Assembly: GCA_026770705.1 (NCBI GenBank) | Contig: JANJGN010000026.1 | Coordinates: 32,798,001 to 32,862,000, forward strand | DNA from: Isurus oxyrinchus | Lineage: Eukaryota | DNA length: 64,000 nucleotides | Direction: 5' to 3' | Part shown: positions 51,630 through 64,000 of the stretch, piece after piece | How positions within the stretch are numbered: the stretch's first letter is position 1 | How the letters are laid out: each line of letters begins with the position of its first letter | The notes under the pieces: model-generated | The model's database searches: none | Told to the model about the DNA's origin: nothing | What the model saw: the letters and a program-made list of their open reading frames with translations, nothing else | Made by a program: the position numbers and the translations under genes

Positions 51630-51831
51630 GTCAAAGTGAATCTCTCTCAGTGAATGTCAATGGAATGAGCCAGAGATTGAGGAGGAGAGAGGGAACCCTG
51701 GCTCTGTTCAGCGCATTGTTTCACCCACACACTGCAGGGTGCCAGACCCATCGTGACCTCACTCTGGAAACCATCTTTATCGGCACCGTTGTTGGTCACA
51801 CGTGACTTTCTAATTAACATGCAGGAACAAG

Positions 51832-51845
51832 GCGCCCTCTGCTGG
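51832..51845 (-). promoter_or_regulatory. CTCF-like motif upstream of V promoter
   Basis: CCAGCAGAGGGCGC on - strand. Confidence 0.65.
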
Positions 51846-52880
51846 CAAATTCTGTTCAATTCGGTTTAGAATGGGGCCTTTGAGTGGATGGAGGGTTCAT
51901 TGGCATACATATTAAAACAGGCATGCCAGATATTGTTTCCCAGGAATTTAAATTGGTGCTGATCAGACTCAGGCTTTTTTTTATGTTTATGCTAGAGAAT
52001 AATGCAATTCTTTCTATGTTACTGTTTGAAAATCAGGGAAACGCTATTTAGATAGAATGTCCACATATTAGATATTAGACATTTGAAGTAATACACCAGG
52101 CAGGTACTAAGGGTGGTGGCCTTAAATGTAAACAGACGAGAAACTGGCATTATTCTTTCATCAAATGATTTAAAGGAGATACTTAGCTGAAGTACTCAAA
52201 ATGATAAGGGATCTGATGTAATACATCAGACATAATTGTACCCAGTAGCAGAAAATTCGATAACCCATGCACTCCATTTTCAGTGAGAAAAATATAAGAA
52301 AAAGGTGAAATTCACTCATTACACTGTGTTGAAACCTGAAATGCACGAACCAAAGGGTGGAAGAAGAATATCCAATCGTAACGTTCAAAAGGAAATTGTA
52401 AGTTTAAAATGGGAATACTTGCCCCTCATGCGGAAATTGCAAGAGTTGAAAGGCGATTATGATAACTCTTCCAAACAGACACAGGGATGGTATGACAAAT
52501 AGTCTAATTCAGTGGTCTAAAATTCTATGATTCAAGTTTCTTCATGCCTCTTCTGCTCTATTTGGTCTCTGTCACTTGAACAGTGAGCAGGTGCAGGATT
52601 GTCACAAACTTGCGAAGTTTCAACCGTCGCTATTTCCACTCCCTCCGTTCAGAGTGCGGCTGAGAGTCACTGCACACCTTACTCAATATTGAGTTTGCGG
52701 TATCCCGGCCCACATCTTCCGTTTGCTGCTGTCGCTCTGACCCGATTGTGTAACTGGAGAGATTGCTGCTGCTGGTCCCTTTTTCTCATTGTTTCGGTGG
52801 GCATTGCAGTGGGACGTGGATCTGTATTTCTGCTTTGACAGAGGATTTTTTGCACGTACGTTGCAGACTCAGGACGTATC

Positions 52881-53370
52881 ATGGGGAACAATTTCACTCC
52901 GCTTCCCATTGTGAGCATCTCCTTCCCAGTAAAATCCATTGTCCTCCTGATTGCTGTGCCCCAGGTGTCATTGTTGTTCAAATAATGGTGACGGCGATAA
53001 TGATTATTGTGTTGACCAACACGAAGCTGATGCTGATTATTGTTTTTACTTCTCTTTAATGTTAGAATGGGAGCACCAGGACACAGTGGAACAGCCGCTT
53101 CATGAAATGATGGATGAACAGGAAATTAATGTTGCACAAACTTGCACTTTGAAAGCAAGAAATCGCAATTTTTAATGTGTACTGGCACACTGAGCACCCC
53201 AGGCAGCCTCCAGAGTGCGTGATTTATTATATTGGAGAGAATGTGTGCAGGAGCACCGATATCACTGATCGGTTTTCCTCTACGCTTAATAAAACTGCCA
53301 AGATCGTTGAGTTAACGATCGGCAACACACTGATTTCCCACTTCACCGTACAGTTATGTGTCATGAGCCT
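52881..53370 (+). pseudogene. TCR V pseudogene, tandem paralog of the 54.2-kb V
   Basis: Leader MGNNFTPLPIVSISFP. Exon at 53066 reads EWEHQDTVEQP...TCTLK/fs/VYWHTEHPRQPP...DRFSSTLNKTAKIVELTIG. Heptamer degraded (AACAATT). Confidence 0.85.
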
Positions 53371-53431
53371 AACAATTCTACAGAGAGATAGCGGATCCCA
53401 GACAAAACTCACAGAGATTTTCAGTTAGCGC

Positions 53432-53445
53432 TCAGCAGAGGGCGC
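53432..53445 (+). promoter_or_regulatory. CTCF-like motif just 3' of RSS
   Basis: TCAGCAGAGGGCGC. Confidence 0.6.
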
Positions 53446-54242
53446 GCTCACGCCGTCAAAGCAGAAAGAATTATTCAACTCCCACTGTGAGATCACATGG
53501 AGCATGTTAAAAGATTATAAAACATTTAATATTCAACAAGAAGAGTTGAGGTCCACTTGTACATTTAGATTAGTTTGCCTTTGCAAATTGAATTTATAAT
53601 TAAAAGCGAGCTTTACAAATGGCAACGTAATGCCTCGATTTCATTTTTCTTTATCGACGCATTTCCCTGCGGACTTGTTTCTTATCGTCCCGTCTCCATT
53701 CGGTAATCAGAATTGTGAACAGTTTCCCCTTTCATTCTTTAATTTAAGAGATGGTTCTTTGCTACTTCTCTGTCCATTAAGTCAGAACAACCCCAACCCA
53801 AATGCCTATATATTCAGCCCTGGATTCAAGCGAGGTGATTCATGAAAATTTTGCTTATTATTGAATAATATAATAACCCTGATACTCCTGCCCCGAACAT
53901 ATTCGTATCCAGTGCGGAATGAATATGGAAGTACCACATCTCTTCCGGAGAGACAGGGTTATATCCTTTTCGAAGGGGAAATTACTATTTAATTCAGTTC
54001 CTTGCAAGTGAATCCGAATGTGTGATATCAATGCCTGCTATAACCCCGCCCATAGCATCGGTTTGCTGTCGTCGGTATGACCCGCCTTCCTCGTCCTTTA
54101 TTGTTGGAGAACTTCTTGCCTTTGTTCTCTGTTTGGAATTGATTGGATGAGCAGCTCAGTGAGGACCCGGGGTGGGATGTGGTACTTCTACTCCGACAGG
54201 GTGCTTCCCCGGACTTCACAGTTAACAGACACAGCGAAAATC

Positions 54243-54288
54243 ATGCAGAACCGTCTCACACTGCTGCTCATTATTGTATCCCTTCTCA
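54243..54288 (+). CDS. Leader exon of intact TCR V
   Basis: MQNRLTLLLIIVSLL+A, donor GTAAGC. Confidence 0.88.
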
Positions 54289-54401
54289 GTAAGCAACGAA
54301 AAATTCATTCTTCCCTGAACTGCCCTCACCCAGATGTCACTGTTTGTGAAATGATGATGATGTTAACAATAATGATGTATCTTGTTATTATTCTATGTTA
54401 G

Positions 54402-54705
54402 AATTGAGCCACCAAGACAAAGTGGAACAGCCGGTTCTTGAAAAGATTGTTGAAGAGGAAAGCAATGTCACCCTAAACTGCGCCTTAAAAACAAACGATG
54501 GTCGTCCTACTGTGCTCTGGTACAGTCAGCATCCTGGGAAGCCTCCACAGTACATGTTTCATATTCTTGGACGGATGATAAACCGCCACCCAGACTCGTC
54601 TGCCCGCTTCAATCCTGCATTTGATAAAACAGCGAAGGTAACCGAGCTAATAATCGGCAAGGTCGCAATCTCTGACACCGCCGTGTATTTCTGTGCCATG
54701 AGACC
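54402..54705 (+). CDS. TCR alpha/delta V segment, intact
   Basis: KLSHQDKVEQPVLEKIVEEESNVTLNCALK...VLWYSQHPGKPPQY...RFNPAFDKTAKVTELIIGKVAISDTAVYFCAMR. Canonical Cys/Trp/Cys present. Confidence 0.92.
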
Positions 54706-54745
54706 CACACTGCTGCAGAGATTTAGCGGACTCCGTACAAAATCC
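54706..54745 (+). promoter_or_regulatory. RSS with 24-nt spacer
   Basis: CACACTG - 24 nt - ACAAAATCC. Confidence 0.85.
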
Positions 54746-54761
54746 CACTTGCAGTTGGTGC

Positions 54762-54775
54762 TCACCAGAGGGCGC
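54762..54775 (+). promoter_or_regulatory. CTCF-like motif 16 bp 3' of RSS
   Basis: TCACCAGAGGGCGC, preceded by TGCAG (54750-54754). Confidence 0.65.
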
Positions 54776-55236
54776 AAGAACAGCGACAAATCAAAGCTCT
54801 CAAAAAGCCTCCACAGTGGGAATATCTGGGATGTCCCACCCCCCAAGTCCCGCCACCCTCCCCACCCACCCCCTCCAAAAAAAAGTAACAAAATAACACT
54901 CAACGAGAACAGGCAAGTCTCACTTCTAGAATTACATTTTTATATTTTGGTGATTTCAACTTGCAACTGAGCGATAAATTTAAAGTGGCATGAGTTCAAA
55001 GTGGAAAGTGAGATTAGGCTGGCTGGCTGGTTTTTCGGCCGACGCAGACAGCGATAGGCCAAGTAGCCTCGTTCTGTTCTGTTAACTTTCTATGTTTCTA
55101 TGAAAACCTGTCTGAAAAATCCTGAGACGTATCTTCCACGCTGTATAATTTCACTAAATATCTCGGAGCTTCCCAGGATACTTGATGTACAGAAGAGAGT
55201 GAAAGCAGCACTTGTCGAATAATTGTGGTTCAGTAT

Positions 55237-58200
55237 TAGAACCACAGAACCATAGAAAAGTTACAGCACAGAAGGAGACCATTCGGCCCATCTTGTCCAT
55301 GCCAACCCGAGGACACCCAAGTGCCCTTTCTAATCCCACCTTCCTGCACCCGGCCCATAGCCCTGCAGCTTACAGCCCTTTGGTGCAGATCCAGGTACTT
55401 TTAAAAAGCGCTTATAGTTCCTACCTCCACCACCAGCTTGGGCAGCGAATTCCAGACACCCACTATCCTCTGCGTAAGAAAGTTCTTCCTCATGTCCCCC
55501 CTACACCTCTGCCACTTATCTTGAATCTATGTCCCCGGTTCTACAATTATCCATCATGGGGAACAATTTTATCCTGTCCACTCTGTCTATTCCCCTCATA
55601 GTTTTGTACACCTCAATCAAGTCACCTTTGTTCTATGGAAAATAACCACAACCTATCCAATCTCTCCTTGAAGCTACACTTTTCTAACTCTGGCAACATT
55701 CTTGTAAACGTCCTCTGCACTCTCTCCAGAGCTATTACGTCCTTCCTTTAATGTGGTGACCAGAAATGCACACAATACTCCAGTTGTGGCCTCGTAAGTG
55801 TTTTATACAATTCAACATTATATCCTTACTTTTATATTCTATATCTCTGCCAATGAAGAAGCGCATTCTTTGTAACCTTGTCCACTTGAAATGCCACCTT
55901 CAGGGACCTGTGTACTTCTCCACCAAGATCTCTCACTTGATCTACCTCTCTTAGTATATTCCCATTTATTTTGTAATCCCTGTACCTGTTTGACCTCCCT
56001 AAATGTATGACTTCTCTATGTTAAAATCCATTTGCCAATTTACCGCCCACTCCACCAACCCATCTATATCATTTTGGAGATTTTGGCTATCCTCTACACT
56101 ATCTACTACTCGGCCAATCTTTGTGTCATCTGCAAATTTCCCAATTGTATCCCCCACGTTCACGTCCAAATTGTTCATATATAAAACAAACAGCAAGGGT
56201 CCCAAACCGAGCCCTGTGGAACACCACTTGAGACAACTTTCCATTCGCAAGGGCATCCATCGACCAGTACCCTTTGTTTCCTGTTACAAAGCCAACCTTT
56301 TACCCAGTTTGCCACATTACCCTGAATCCCATGGGCTTTTAATTTCCTGACCAATCTGCCATGTGGGACATTGTGAAATGCCTTGCTAAAATCCATGTAC
56401 ATAACACCCACTGCACTACCTACATCAACCCTTCTTGTCACTTCCTCAAACAATTCAAGCAAATTTGTGAGGCAAGACCTTCCTTTAGCAAATCCATGCT
56501 GACCATCCCTGACTAGTCCTTGCCTTTCCACATGATAGTTAATTCTATCTCTCAGAATTGAGTCTACTAATTTGCTCACCACCGATGTAAGACTAACTGA
56601 CCTATAATTGTTTGACATTTCCTTTTATCCCTTTTTAAACAATGGGAATACGTTTACATTTCTCCAGTCCTCTGGTACCTCCCCTCTATCTAGTGAAGAT
56701 TGGAAAATCATCCTCAGAGCATCTGCTATCTCCTCCCTGACTTCCTTCAGCAGCCTCGGAAACAATCCATCTGGCCCTTGTGACTTATCAACTTTCAAGG
56801 ATTTCAACCTTTCGAGTACTTCCTTTCTCTTTATGACTATCCCGTCCAATATCTCACAGTTTTCCTCCTGGACTACTATATCTGCATCCTCCTTTTCCTT
56901 TGGAAACACGGATAAAAATATTCATTCAAACCGCTTCCCACAGCCTCTGCATCTATGCACAACTTTCCATCTTCATCTCTGATAGTTCCCACTTTTTCCT
57001 TGACTTACCTTTTAGTATTAATATATCGGAAAAACATCTTTGGGTTATCTTTAACTTTAATTGCTAATAATTTTTCATGCCCTCTCTTTGATTTCCTTAT
57101 TTCATTTTTCACTTCGACCCTGCACTTCCTAGGCTATCTGCAGTGTTTAATTCTTTGTGTCTATCGTACGCTTTCTTTTTCTGTTTGATCTTCCCCTGTA
57201 TTCCTCTAGACAACTAGGGTGGTCTAGATTTGGCAGTACCACTCTCATTTTTGTAGGGGACATGTCTACTTTGTACAATTAGGATCTCACTTTTTAGTGC
57301 TTCCCACTGGTTTTCCACTGTTTTATCCTCCAGCAGTGCTGTCCAGTCCACCTCAGCCAAGTCCCTTCTCATTTCTGCAAAATGTGCCTTCCCCCAGTTC
57401 AAGACTTTTAGTCCTGCCTTACCTCTATCCTTTTCCATGGTAATGCTAAATCTAACTGAATTGTGATCACTGTCCCCGATATGGTCGCCAACTGTAATTT
57501 CAGCCATTTGTCCTTCTTCGTTCCCCAAGACTAGGTGTAGAATTGCATCCCCTCTCATTGGGTTTGTCACTAATTGGTTGAAAAAAATTCCTGGACACAC
57601 TGCAGGCATTTCTCTCCCTCAGTGCCGCTTATATTGTTTGAATTCCAGTTGATATTTGGATAGTTGAAGTCTCCTACTATTATTGCCCTCTTGTTCTTAG
57701 AAGCAGAAATTTTCCCACATATATGTTCTTCTATCTCCCTTTCACTATTTGGGGGTCTGTAGTATACTCCCAATAGTGTGACTACCCCGTTTTTATTTCT
57801 AAGCTCAATTCATAAAGCCTCGTTTAGTATATCATTCCTTTACACAACTGGAATTGATTATTTAACCATTAGTGCTACCCCCCTCCCCTTCCTTTTTTAT
57901 CTCCTACTCTATCGTGTCTGAAGACTCTATATCCAGGGATATTGAGCTGCCAGCTTTGTCCCTCCTTTAGCCAGGTCTCCATTATAGCAATGACATCCTG
58001 CTGCCATGTGTCTACCTGTGCCCTTAATTCATCTACCTTGTTTGTAATACTCCTTGCATTGAAGTATAAATAGTTTACCGTCGTCAATTTCCCCTGCTGG
58101 ACACTTTGTAACTTCTCCTGTAACTCCACGTCTATCACAACATCCCTAGCTAATGTTCTACCTCTATTTTACTGATCTGAATCTGACCTATCTGATCCTA

Positions 58201-58500
58201 CTCCTGGGATTCCATTCCCCTGCTAGACTAATTTAACTATTCTCCAACAGAACTAGCAAAAGACCCGCAAGGAGACTGGTCCCAGCTCTGCCTGGGTGCA
58301 GCCCGAATGCCCAAAGGAGACTCCTGCACTATCTTCCTGAGTCTTTTCCTGTTCCTGATAGTCACCCATTCCCTTTCTGCCTGTGTAATCTTCACCTGCG
58401 ATGTGACCACCTCGCTGGAACTCCCAGTTCCAGAGCTGTTCATTCAGCGGGACCCTGAGACAATTCATCTTCTCCATTAGCTCCTGTAACACATTACAAA
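55237..58500 (-). mobile_element. Long decayed CR1 LINE (ORF1 remnant; ORF2 APE endonuclease + reverse transcriptase, frameshifted)
   Basis: LYFNARSI...ETWL, GVYYRPP, GDFNYP, SDHN, NYRSVSLTSVV, QHGF, YMDFSKAF, GVPQGSV, KFADDTK, and a (TTCTRTGG)n-type 3' tail near 55237. Confidence 0.92.
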
Positions 58501-60573
58501 ACGTAACAAATGCCTGACGGTGAATATAATCCTTGGAATAGACATTGAACATTAAAAACAAACTCAAACGGGCAGCAAGGCGAATATTATGAATTTAGGG
58601 GTCACATGGTGCCTGCTTTAGACTAACAGAGTGACTTCTAGCCTGAATTGAAAGAGTAAACAGATATCGGGCAGGCTTCACTTATCCTGTATTTGGAAAC
58701 TCGGGGACGTTTCACAGGGACAGGGTTGGCTGGTCTCTCAGTACTGACGACAGTTGTGCACCAATCAATGTTAATTGGAGATCAATGACTTGATCTGGCT
58801 GTCTCCGTGTATCCCAGTCTTTTTCTGCATCTCTGGCTTTGTCTTCGTATCTATGTCTGTCCTTCTCTCTCTTTCTCTCCCTCGCTCTCAATTGTTCCAC
58901 CTCTCTGAGCCTCTTTCTATCCTGACCCTCTGCGCCTATTCCCCTCTCTCATTTGTTATCCCTCTGTCTTCTTCTGCTGTGTTCCAGGAAGTACAGAACG
59001 TAGAAAATCCAATACCTCCCAATCTACCATTCAAGTAGTTCCCCAAACAACGAACTCAAGTGTTAGGAGGAGCTATAATAGACAATATGTAAAAAACACA
59101 GATCAGGGACAAGTTTAAGTTGGAAACAGCTACACTTAAGGCTACATAGGTTATGTGTGAATCAGGAGTCAAACTGACATGTTTTCTTTGCGTGGACATT
59201 TAAAAGTTGGAATCTCTGTTTAAAACAAGGATGAATTAACTGGTATGTCTGGGATATTGAAAATAAACAAAGACAATCACCAGAATTCGAACTGGAGCTG
59301 GTACTGGTTCCGTGCATAGGTTCACCTGCATTAAAGAATGTTATAATAGGTGTAATAAGAACTAGAAGAACGCGGCATAACTAAGCAAGAGCATAATTCA
59401 GTAATTTGAGAATTCAGTGAACTGCCAAGAAAAGGCCATTTCCCACACATCAGCACAAGAGTCAGCGCACACATCGTGTTTGTGCACTGCAGCAGGTATG
59501 GGTCCACGAATTCAGTGGTTATGTTACCAGACTGGTAATCTGAGTGAACTGGTTTAATAATCCAGCTCCTTGATTTGTATTCCGGCCACGGCACTTGAGG
59601 AATTTAAGTTCTGCTAATAAAATAAAAATCTGGAATTAAAGCTGGCACCGGTGCTGACATGACACTGTTGGATGGTCATAAAGTCCCAGCTGGCTCGATA
59701 ATGTCTTTGAGGGAAAGAAATCCAGCGTCTCTGCCCGTTCTGCCTATCAATGGAAATATGGGGGACTCTTAACCACCCATTGTAATAGCTGTATCATGCA
59801 AACTGCTATGAAAGCCATAAGCCAAATATAGACTGCGGATGTTCAATCGTGATTCAACTCTATCTCTCCCTCAAGTTTTCCCGCCGGGTCTCAATCTGTT
59901 TCTCCCCCAAATCTCCCTCACAGACTGGTTTAAAAACAAGTCTTTAGCCGAATGGGGAGCCAGGTGCTGCTCTGGTCCAGAACAGCACAAGTCGTTTATA
60001 CCTGGGCCCAACCACAAAAAAAGTTTTAAACACCCCCCGAAAGAGTAGGGCCTTCGTTTCCAAAACCCAAAGTGAACTTTCCTCATTTTATGTGCTCTAT
60101 TTAAGCACAGGAGAAATGGGAGCACTAAGCCCACTGATGTGCTTAATGCCCATCACAAATAATAAATGACCATCCTTTTTCTACCCACTGGTTTCCAACC
60201 CAATTCATCGAGGGGGAAAGGTCAGTTTTTGACCGACCGCAACACCCTGTAATCGATCACAGATTGGAGACCATCACTCTCTTCCTGGTCTGGATTTGAC
60301 CCAGGTGCCACATGAAAGTCAGTGTCTGACCCGCTGCCAATTCCTAAGGTCACAGAGAGAGAACGCGGCCTTAATGTCCCTGTTCTCTGCAATAAACACT
60401 AACTCGTGACTGCTGGAGTCAAATCAGACCAATCAAATCCAGTGATTTCAGTTCCTTCGATCCCATATCCTCAGGAAGTGACATCAGAGCCGCCTCAGCC
60501 AATTGACTCAGCTATTTCTTGTCCGATCTTCTGCAGGTTTCTGAGACGCAAAACAGCCCCCGGAACATCAGCA

Positions 60574-61621
60574 ATGCGGCTCTCCGTTCCCGCCGTGATC
60601 TGGGTGACATTCATTGTCGGTAAGAAGTTTAAACTTTGAAAAGCGGGTTTGATTTCTGAGGGAATAAATTTGAAAAGCGGAACATTCATGCTAACCGTGT
60701 TTCGGATCTTGATCAGACCACACTTAGATTTATTGTGAAATGTTCCGCTTTTTTATAAAACGAATACAATTCACAAAAGAAAATGAAAAGAAACCGAATC
60801 ACAATGACGGTATTAGACTTCAGTAAATACTAACAGGTTGGGGTTCTATCCTCTGGTAAAGAAAAACTGAGGGAGAACGAATACAGTTCTTCAAAGGAGT
60901 TCGACGGAAAATATATTTCCACTTCTGGAGGATTCCTAAAGTATGGGTTATAAATATAAGAGTCACGGAAAAGACTGCAAAAGGGATTCAGGACAATTAT
61001 CTTTACTTTTTAGAATAAGGAACTCAACGCCACAAGGAGTAATTGAGACAAAGAGCCTAGTTGTAATTCACGGAAACGAGATAAAAGTGGAGAGGGAAAA
61101 AAGGTTGGTAGGATTTGCTGACAGGGTGAGATGAAGAGTGGGGGAGGATGCTCTTCGGGGTTGGAAACACGTAGATGGACCACTTGGGCCGAATGAGCTT
61201 TTGTGCGCTCGAAATTACGTTTAATTTTATGTCACATTGACTGTGAATTTTCACTCTCAGTTCTGGTCAGTTGACGTTTTAATCACTGATTTCCGCTTTC
61301 TTTAACCGTGTGTCCAGAACTGAGCGATGGAGATTCTGTTACTCAACAGGAATTCTCACTCACACAGACAGAGGGAGAAGATGCCAACTGAACCTGCACC
61401 TATACCGACGATGCTTCTTTCTTATTCCGGTACCGGCAGTACCCAGGCATGCAGCCCGAGTTTGCAGTCCAAAGGCACAAGGGCGGCGGTTCTGAATTTA
61501 AGGCTGATTTCGCTCAGAGCCGCTTTTCTGCTACAGTCCAGCAGACAGACGAGTCGTACCGATTGACCATCTCGAAGCTGCAGCTAACTGACACCGCGGT
61601 TTATTACTGTGCACAGAGTCT
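60574..61621 (+). pseudogene. TCR V-alpha pseudogene (leader 60574-60619, V exon 61318-61621)
   Basis: MRLSVPAVIWVTFIV/ELSDGDSVTQQEFSLTQTEGEDAN*TCTY...LFRYRQYPG...LQLTDTAVYYCAQS. TGA at 61389, Trp41->Arg. RSS CACAGTG-23-ACAATAACT (61622-61660). Confidence 0.9.
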
Positions 61622-62731
61622 CACAGTGATGGGAACGAGTGAAAATCTCGTACAATAACTGCTGCAGCTTTCTGGGGCACAGCTGCTGTCTGCTGAGGGC
61701 TGTTTATAACAGCCGGTCAGACACTGACACGTGAATTCATTCTTCTGAGCACAGACCCCGAGCACAATCCACAGAAGCACCGTCTAAAATCAACCACACT
61801 GAATATTGATTCAGTCTGATTACTGTATTAAAGGTGTGGGGCAGAATCCTGCTGTTTATTTGGGAATGTCTGGGAACTCACCACTGCCATTGAGAATACA
61901 AACACATGAAAGTGGCCGGGGTCTACTTATATCAGTGAACTGCTGTTCATGAAAGATCTCGCGGCAAAGGAACAATTTTTTTTTTCGGTTGAAATGTGCC
62001 AATTGTGTAGACAAAAGGCCACCTGGTGAGGAGAATCTGAATAATTATAATGACCTGATTAAACATCTCTCGATGTTAAAGCTACTTCCATATAATGAAA
62101 TTAAGAACCGATAATAAAAACAGGCACAAAGAGGTTATTTTCAAGATATGATTAGAAGCTGATGACCAATGATTAATAGATTGCATAATCGACAAGGACA
62201 GGCTGCTGTGTTCGAGGCACCGGAACAGATGACCAGAAAACCGATTGAATACTAAACCTTAGTTTCTTTTTAAAAGCGTCAGAAAGTTTGAGCACTGGAT
62301 GCGCTTTCGGAAATCTGAACATACCAGATAAGGCGTTAGGAAAATGCAAAGGCTTTGTTATTTTTTTTCCTGCAGGTCCCTTCAGTGATATATAACTGAT
62401 GCTGCATTTGTGTTGTGTGTACCCTCTGTAACGGCTGGAACATAAAGTCAACTATTTTGATCAGCATTTCTGCCATTGTAACTTTAAGTCACAAAATGGG
62501 GTGAATTCGCTAAACACATTTTACATTATGTTCAGAATGTATTCTTTGTAAATGGAACATTTCAAAATTCCGCACCTGTTGCTATCGGCCTGTTACTTAT
62601 TTGGATTTACTTTCAATGAGCACATTCCGGTTATATGCTTTGAAAGTCTTTCTCCCCACTCTACCCGCCATTCCGTTCAGCTGGTCACGCTTCTGCAGTG
62701 TTTCTGCACGAGGAAGGTTCCTGTCACTGTA

Positions 62732-63214
62732 TCTCTTAGCCCGCAGTGATACACGGATGGTGAAATTCCCCTCACTTCTGGAAATGTCAAAAGATGCAGA
62801 TAATCGAGCCCCCGCGGCCTCTGCATTGAAAACACCCATAGCGGAATGGATATAGGTCAATATTGTAGGGGCTTTGTAGCCCTCTTGTCGGTACAGTTGC
62901 AAGACGCAGAAACCAATCGTGACCGAATAGCTGAAATTAATGGTCAGCGAGTCTCCTTCAAACTGTGCCCCTGCAACCGGCTCCTGTAACACCGACTCTG
63001 CAGCAAATTCAAAGTACAGAACTTCAACTTTTTATTATCACCATTACAATCAGGGTTATCAAGTTAATGGAACCCTTAACAAGTAAAGGGAAAACATAGT
63101 TAAAAGGAAGATTACCCATCATCGCTATCAGTATAACCTGTAAGATGAACATTGTGTAACTTGGGAAATTCCCAGTAAAGAGAATCGCAGCTGTGAAGAA
63201 TCAACAGTCAACAT
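62732..63214 (-). pseudogene. TCR V-alpha pseudogene of the Cys23/Trp41-less family (paralog of the 43.5-kb V)
   Basis: ESVLQEPVAGAQFEGDSLTINFSYS...LQLYRQ...SEGNFTIR[~26-nt deletion]YHCGLR. Heptamer TACAGTG with 17-nt spacer. Degenerate leader at 63214. Confidence 0.88.
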
Positions 63215-63384
63215 GTTTGCAGAGCCGATGGTGGATAGCTTGACTTCAACCAAAATTATTTTAGTGAAGAGTTCAGGAGATGTTGAGTAATATCCGGCCC
63301 CGAGCCCGATTGGTACATTCCTGCATGAGCTCACAGCTCTTTGTCCTTCAGTGCACCCAATCAGCTCATAGTTCCTTCAATTCG

Positions 63385-63392
63385 TGACGTCA
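63385..63392. promoter_or_regulatory. Perfect CRE (TGACGTCA) ~170 bp upstream of V leader
   Basis: Same spacing as the CRE-like site upstream of the 43.5-kb paralog. CCAAT on - strand at 63309-63313. Confidence 0.6.
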
Positions 63393-64000
63393 GAGAGCTC
63401 GAAATAAACTGAGAGAGCATAAGAACATTTGAAACAAGAGCTGGATTCGGGCATTTGGTCTCTCGACCCTGCAGCATCACCTATCTCTAATCTACCTATC
63501 TAAATTGCATCCGCCTTCTTGCACTATTCCCAAATCCCTTGATTCTCTTAATATCCATAGATCTATCAACCTCAGTCTAAAATAAACTCAGCGTCTACGC
63601 TCTGGAGTAGAGAATAATGAGAACTTCATTGAAGCCGATATAGTTTCTTTAAGGGAGTCAATCTTTGATGTAGAGCGATGATGGGTAATGGCTAAAGCTG
63701 TTCCCTGACCAGTGTTCGAGTCTCCCATTAAAAGAGCTTCTCGATGACCATTAAAAATACTCACAGCCGATATAAAGAGGGATTTCACATAGAATGCCGC
63801 AGATTCTGCACCCTCCCCCCAAACCGCTCCACACACACACACACACGCACACACGCGTCTTTCTCCCTTTCTCTTCCTCTTTCTCCTCTCGCTTTGTCGA
63901 CTTGTTTCTCTCTGGGTCATCCTTTTTTCTCTCCATATTACTTTCTCCCTATCTCATTCTCTCCTTTCTCTCTGTGGGATTGTTCGCTCATGTTTTTCAT

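Noticed and set aside
1-64000. TCR constant exons, conventional TCR J clusters, RAG/transposase genes, tRNA/rRNA
   Set aside because: None recognised. The only J is the NAR-TCR J, and tRNA-like stretches appear to be SINE heads.

Overview
Vertebrate genomic DNA, almost certainly from a shark or other cartilaginous fish (inferred from gene and repeat families). The window is part of a T-cell receptor alpha/delta V-gene region. I count about 15 TCR V segments or remnants in both orientations, most with leader exons and 23-bp-spacer recombination signal sequences (RSS). Only two look intact (43.5 kb and 54.2 kb, both + strand). On the - strand at 23.1-27.7 kb lies a complete but decayed NAR-TCR cassette: leader, IgNAR-like V, D, J, then a leaderless supporting V-delta. 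The supporting V-delta is followed by a tandem array of ~62-bp units, each carrying its own 23-RSS (9 heptamers, 8 complete RSS). This array is the most unusual element in the window. Two two-exon GPR139/142-like class A GPCR genes flank the cassette head-to-head: a pseudogene at 15.4-20.8 kb (-) and an intact 329-aa gene at 31.0-32.9 kb (+). Also present are CTCF-like motifs beside V RSSs and promoters, conserved ETS/CRE/CCAAT V promoters, a decayed long CR1 LINE, many CR1/SINE fragments, an inverted Penelope-like insertion with a target-site duplication, local duplications and a 225-N gap. All coordinates were read by hand. Repeat boundaries are approximate.
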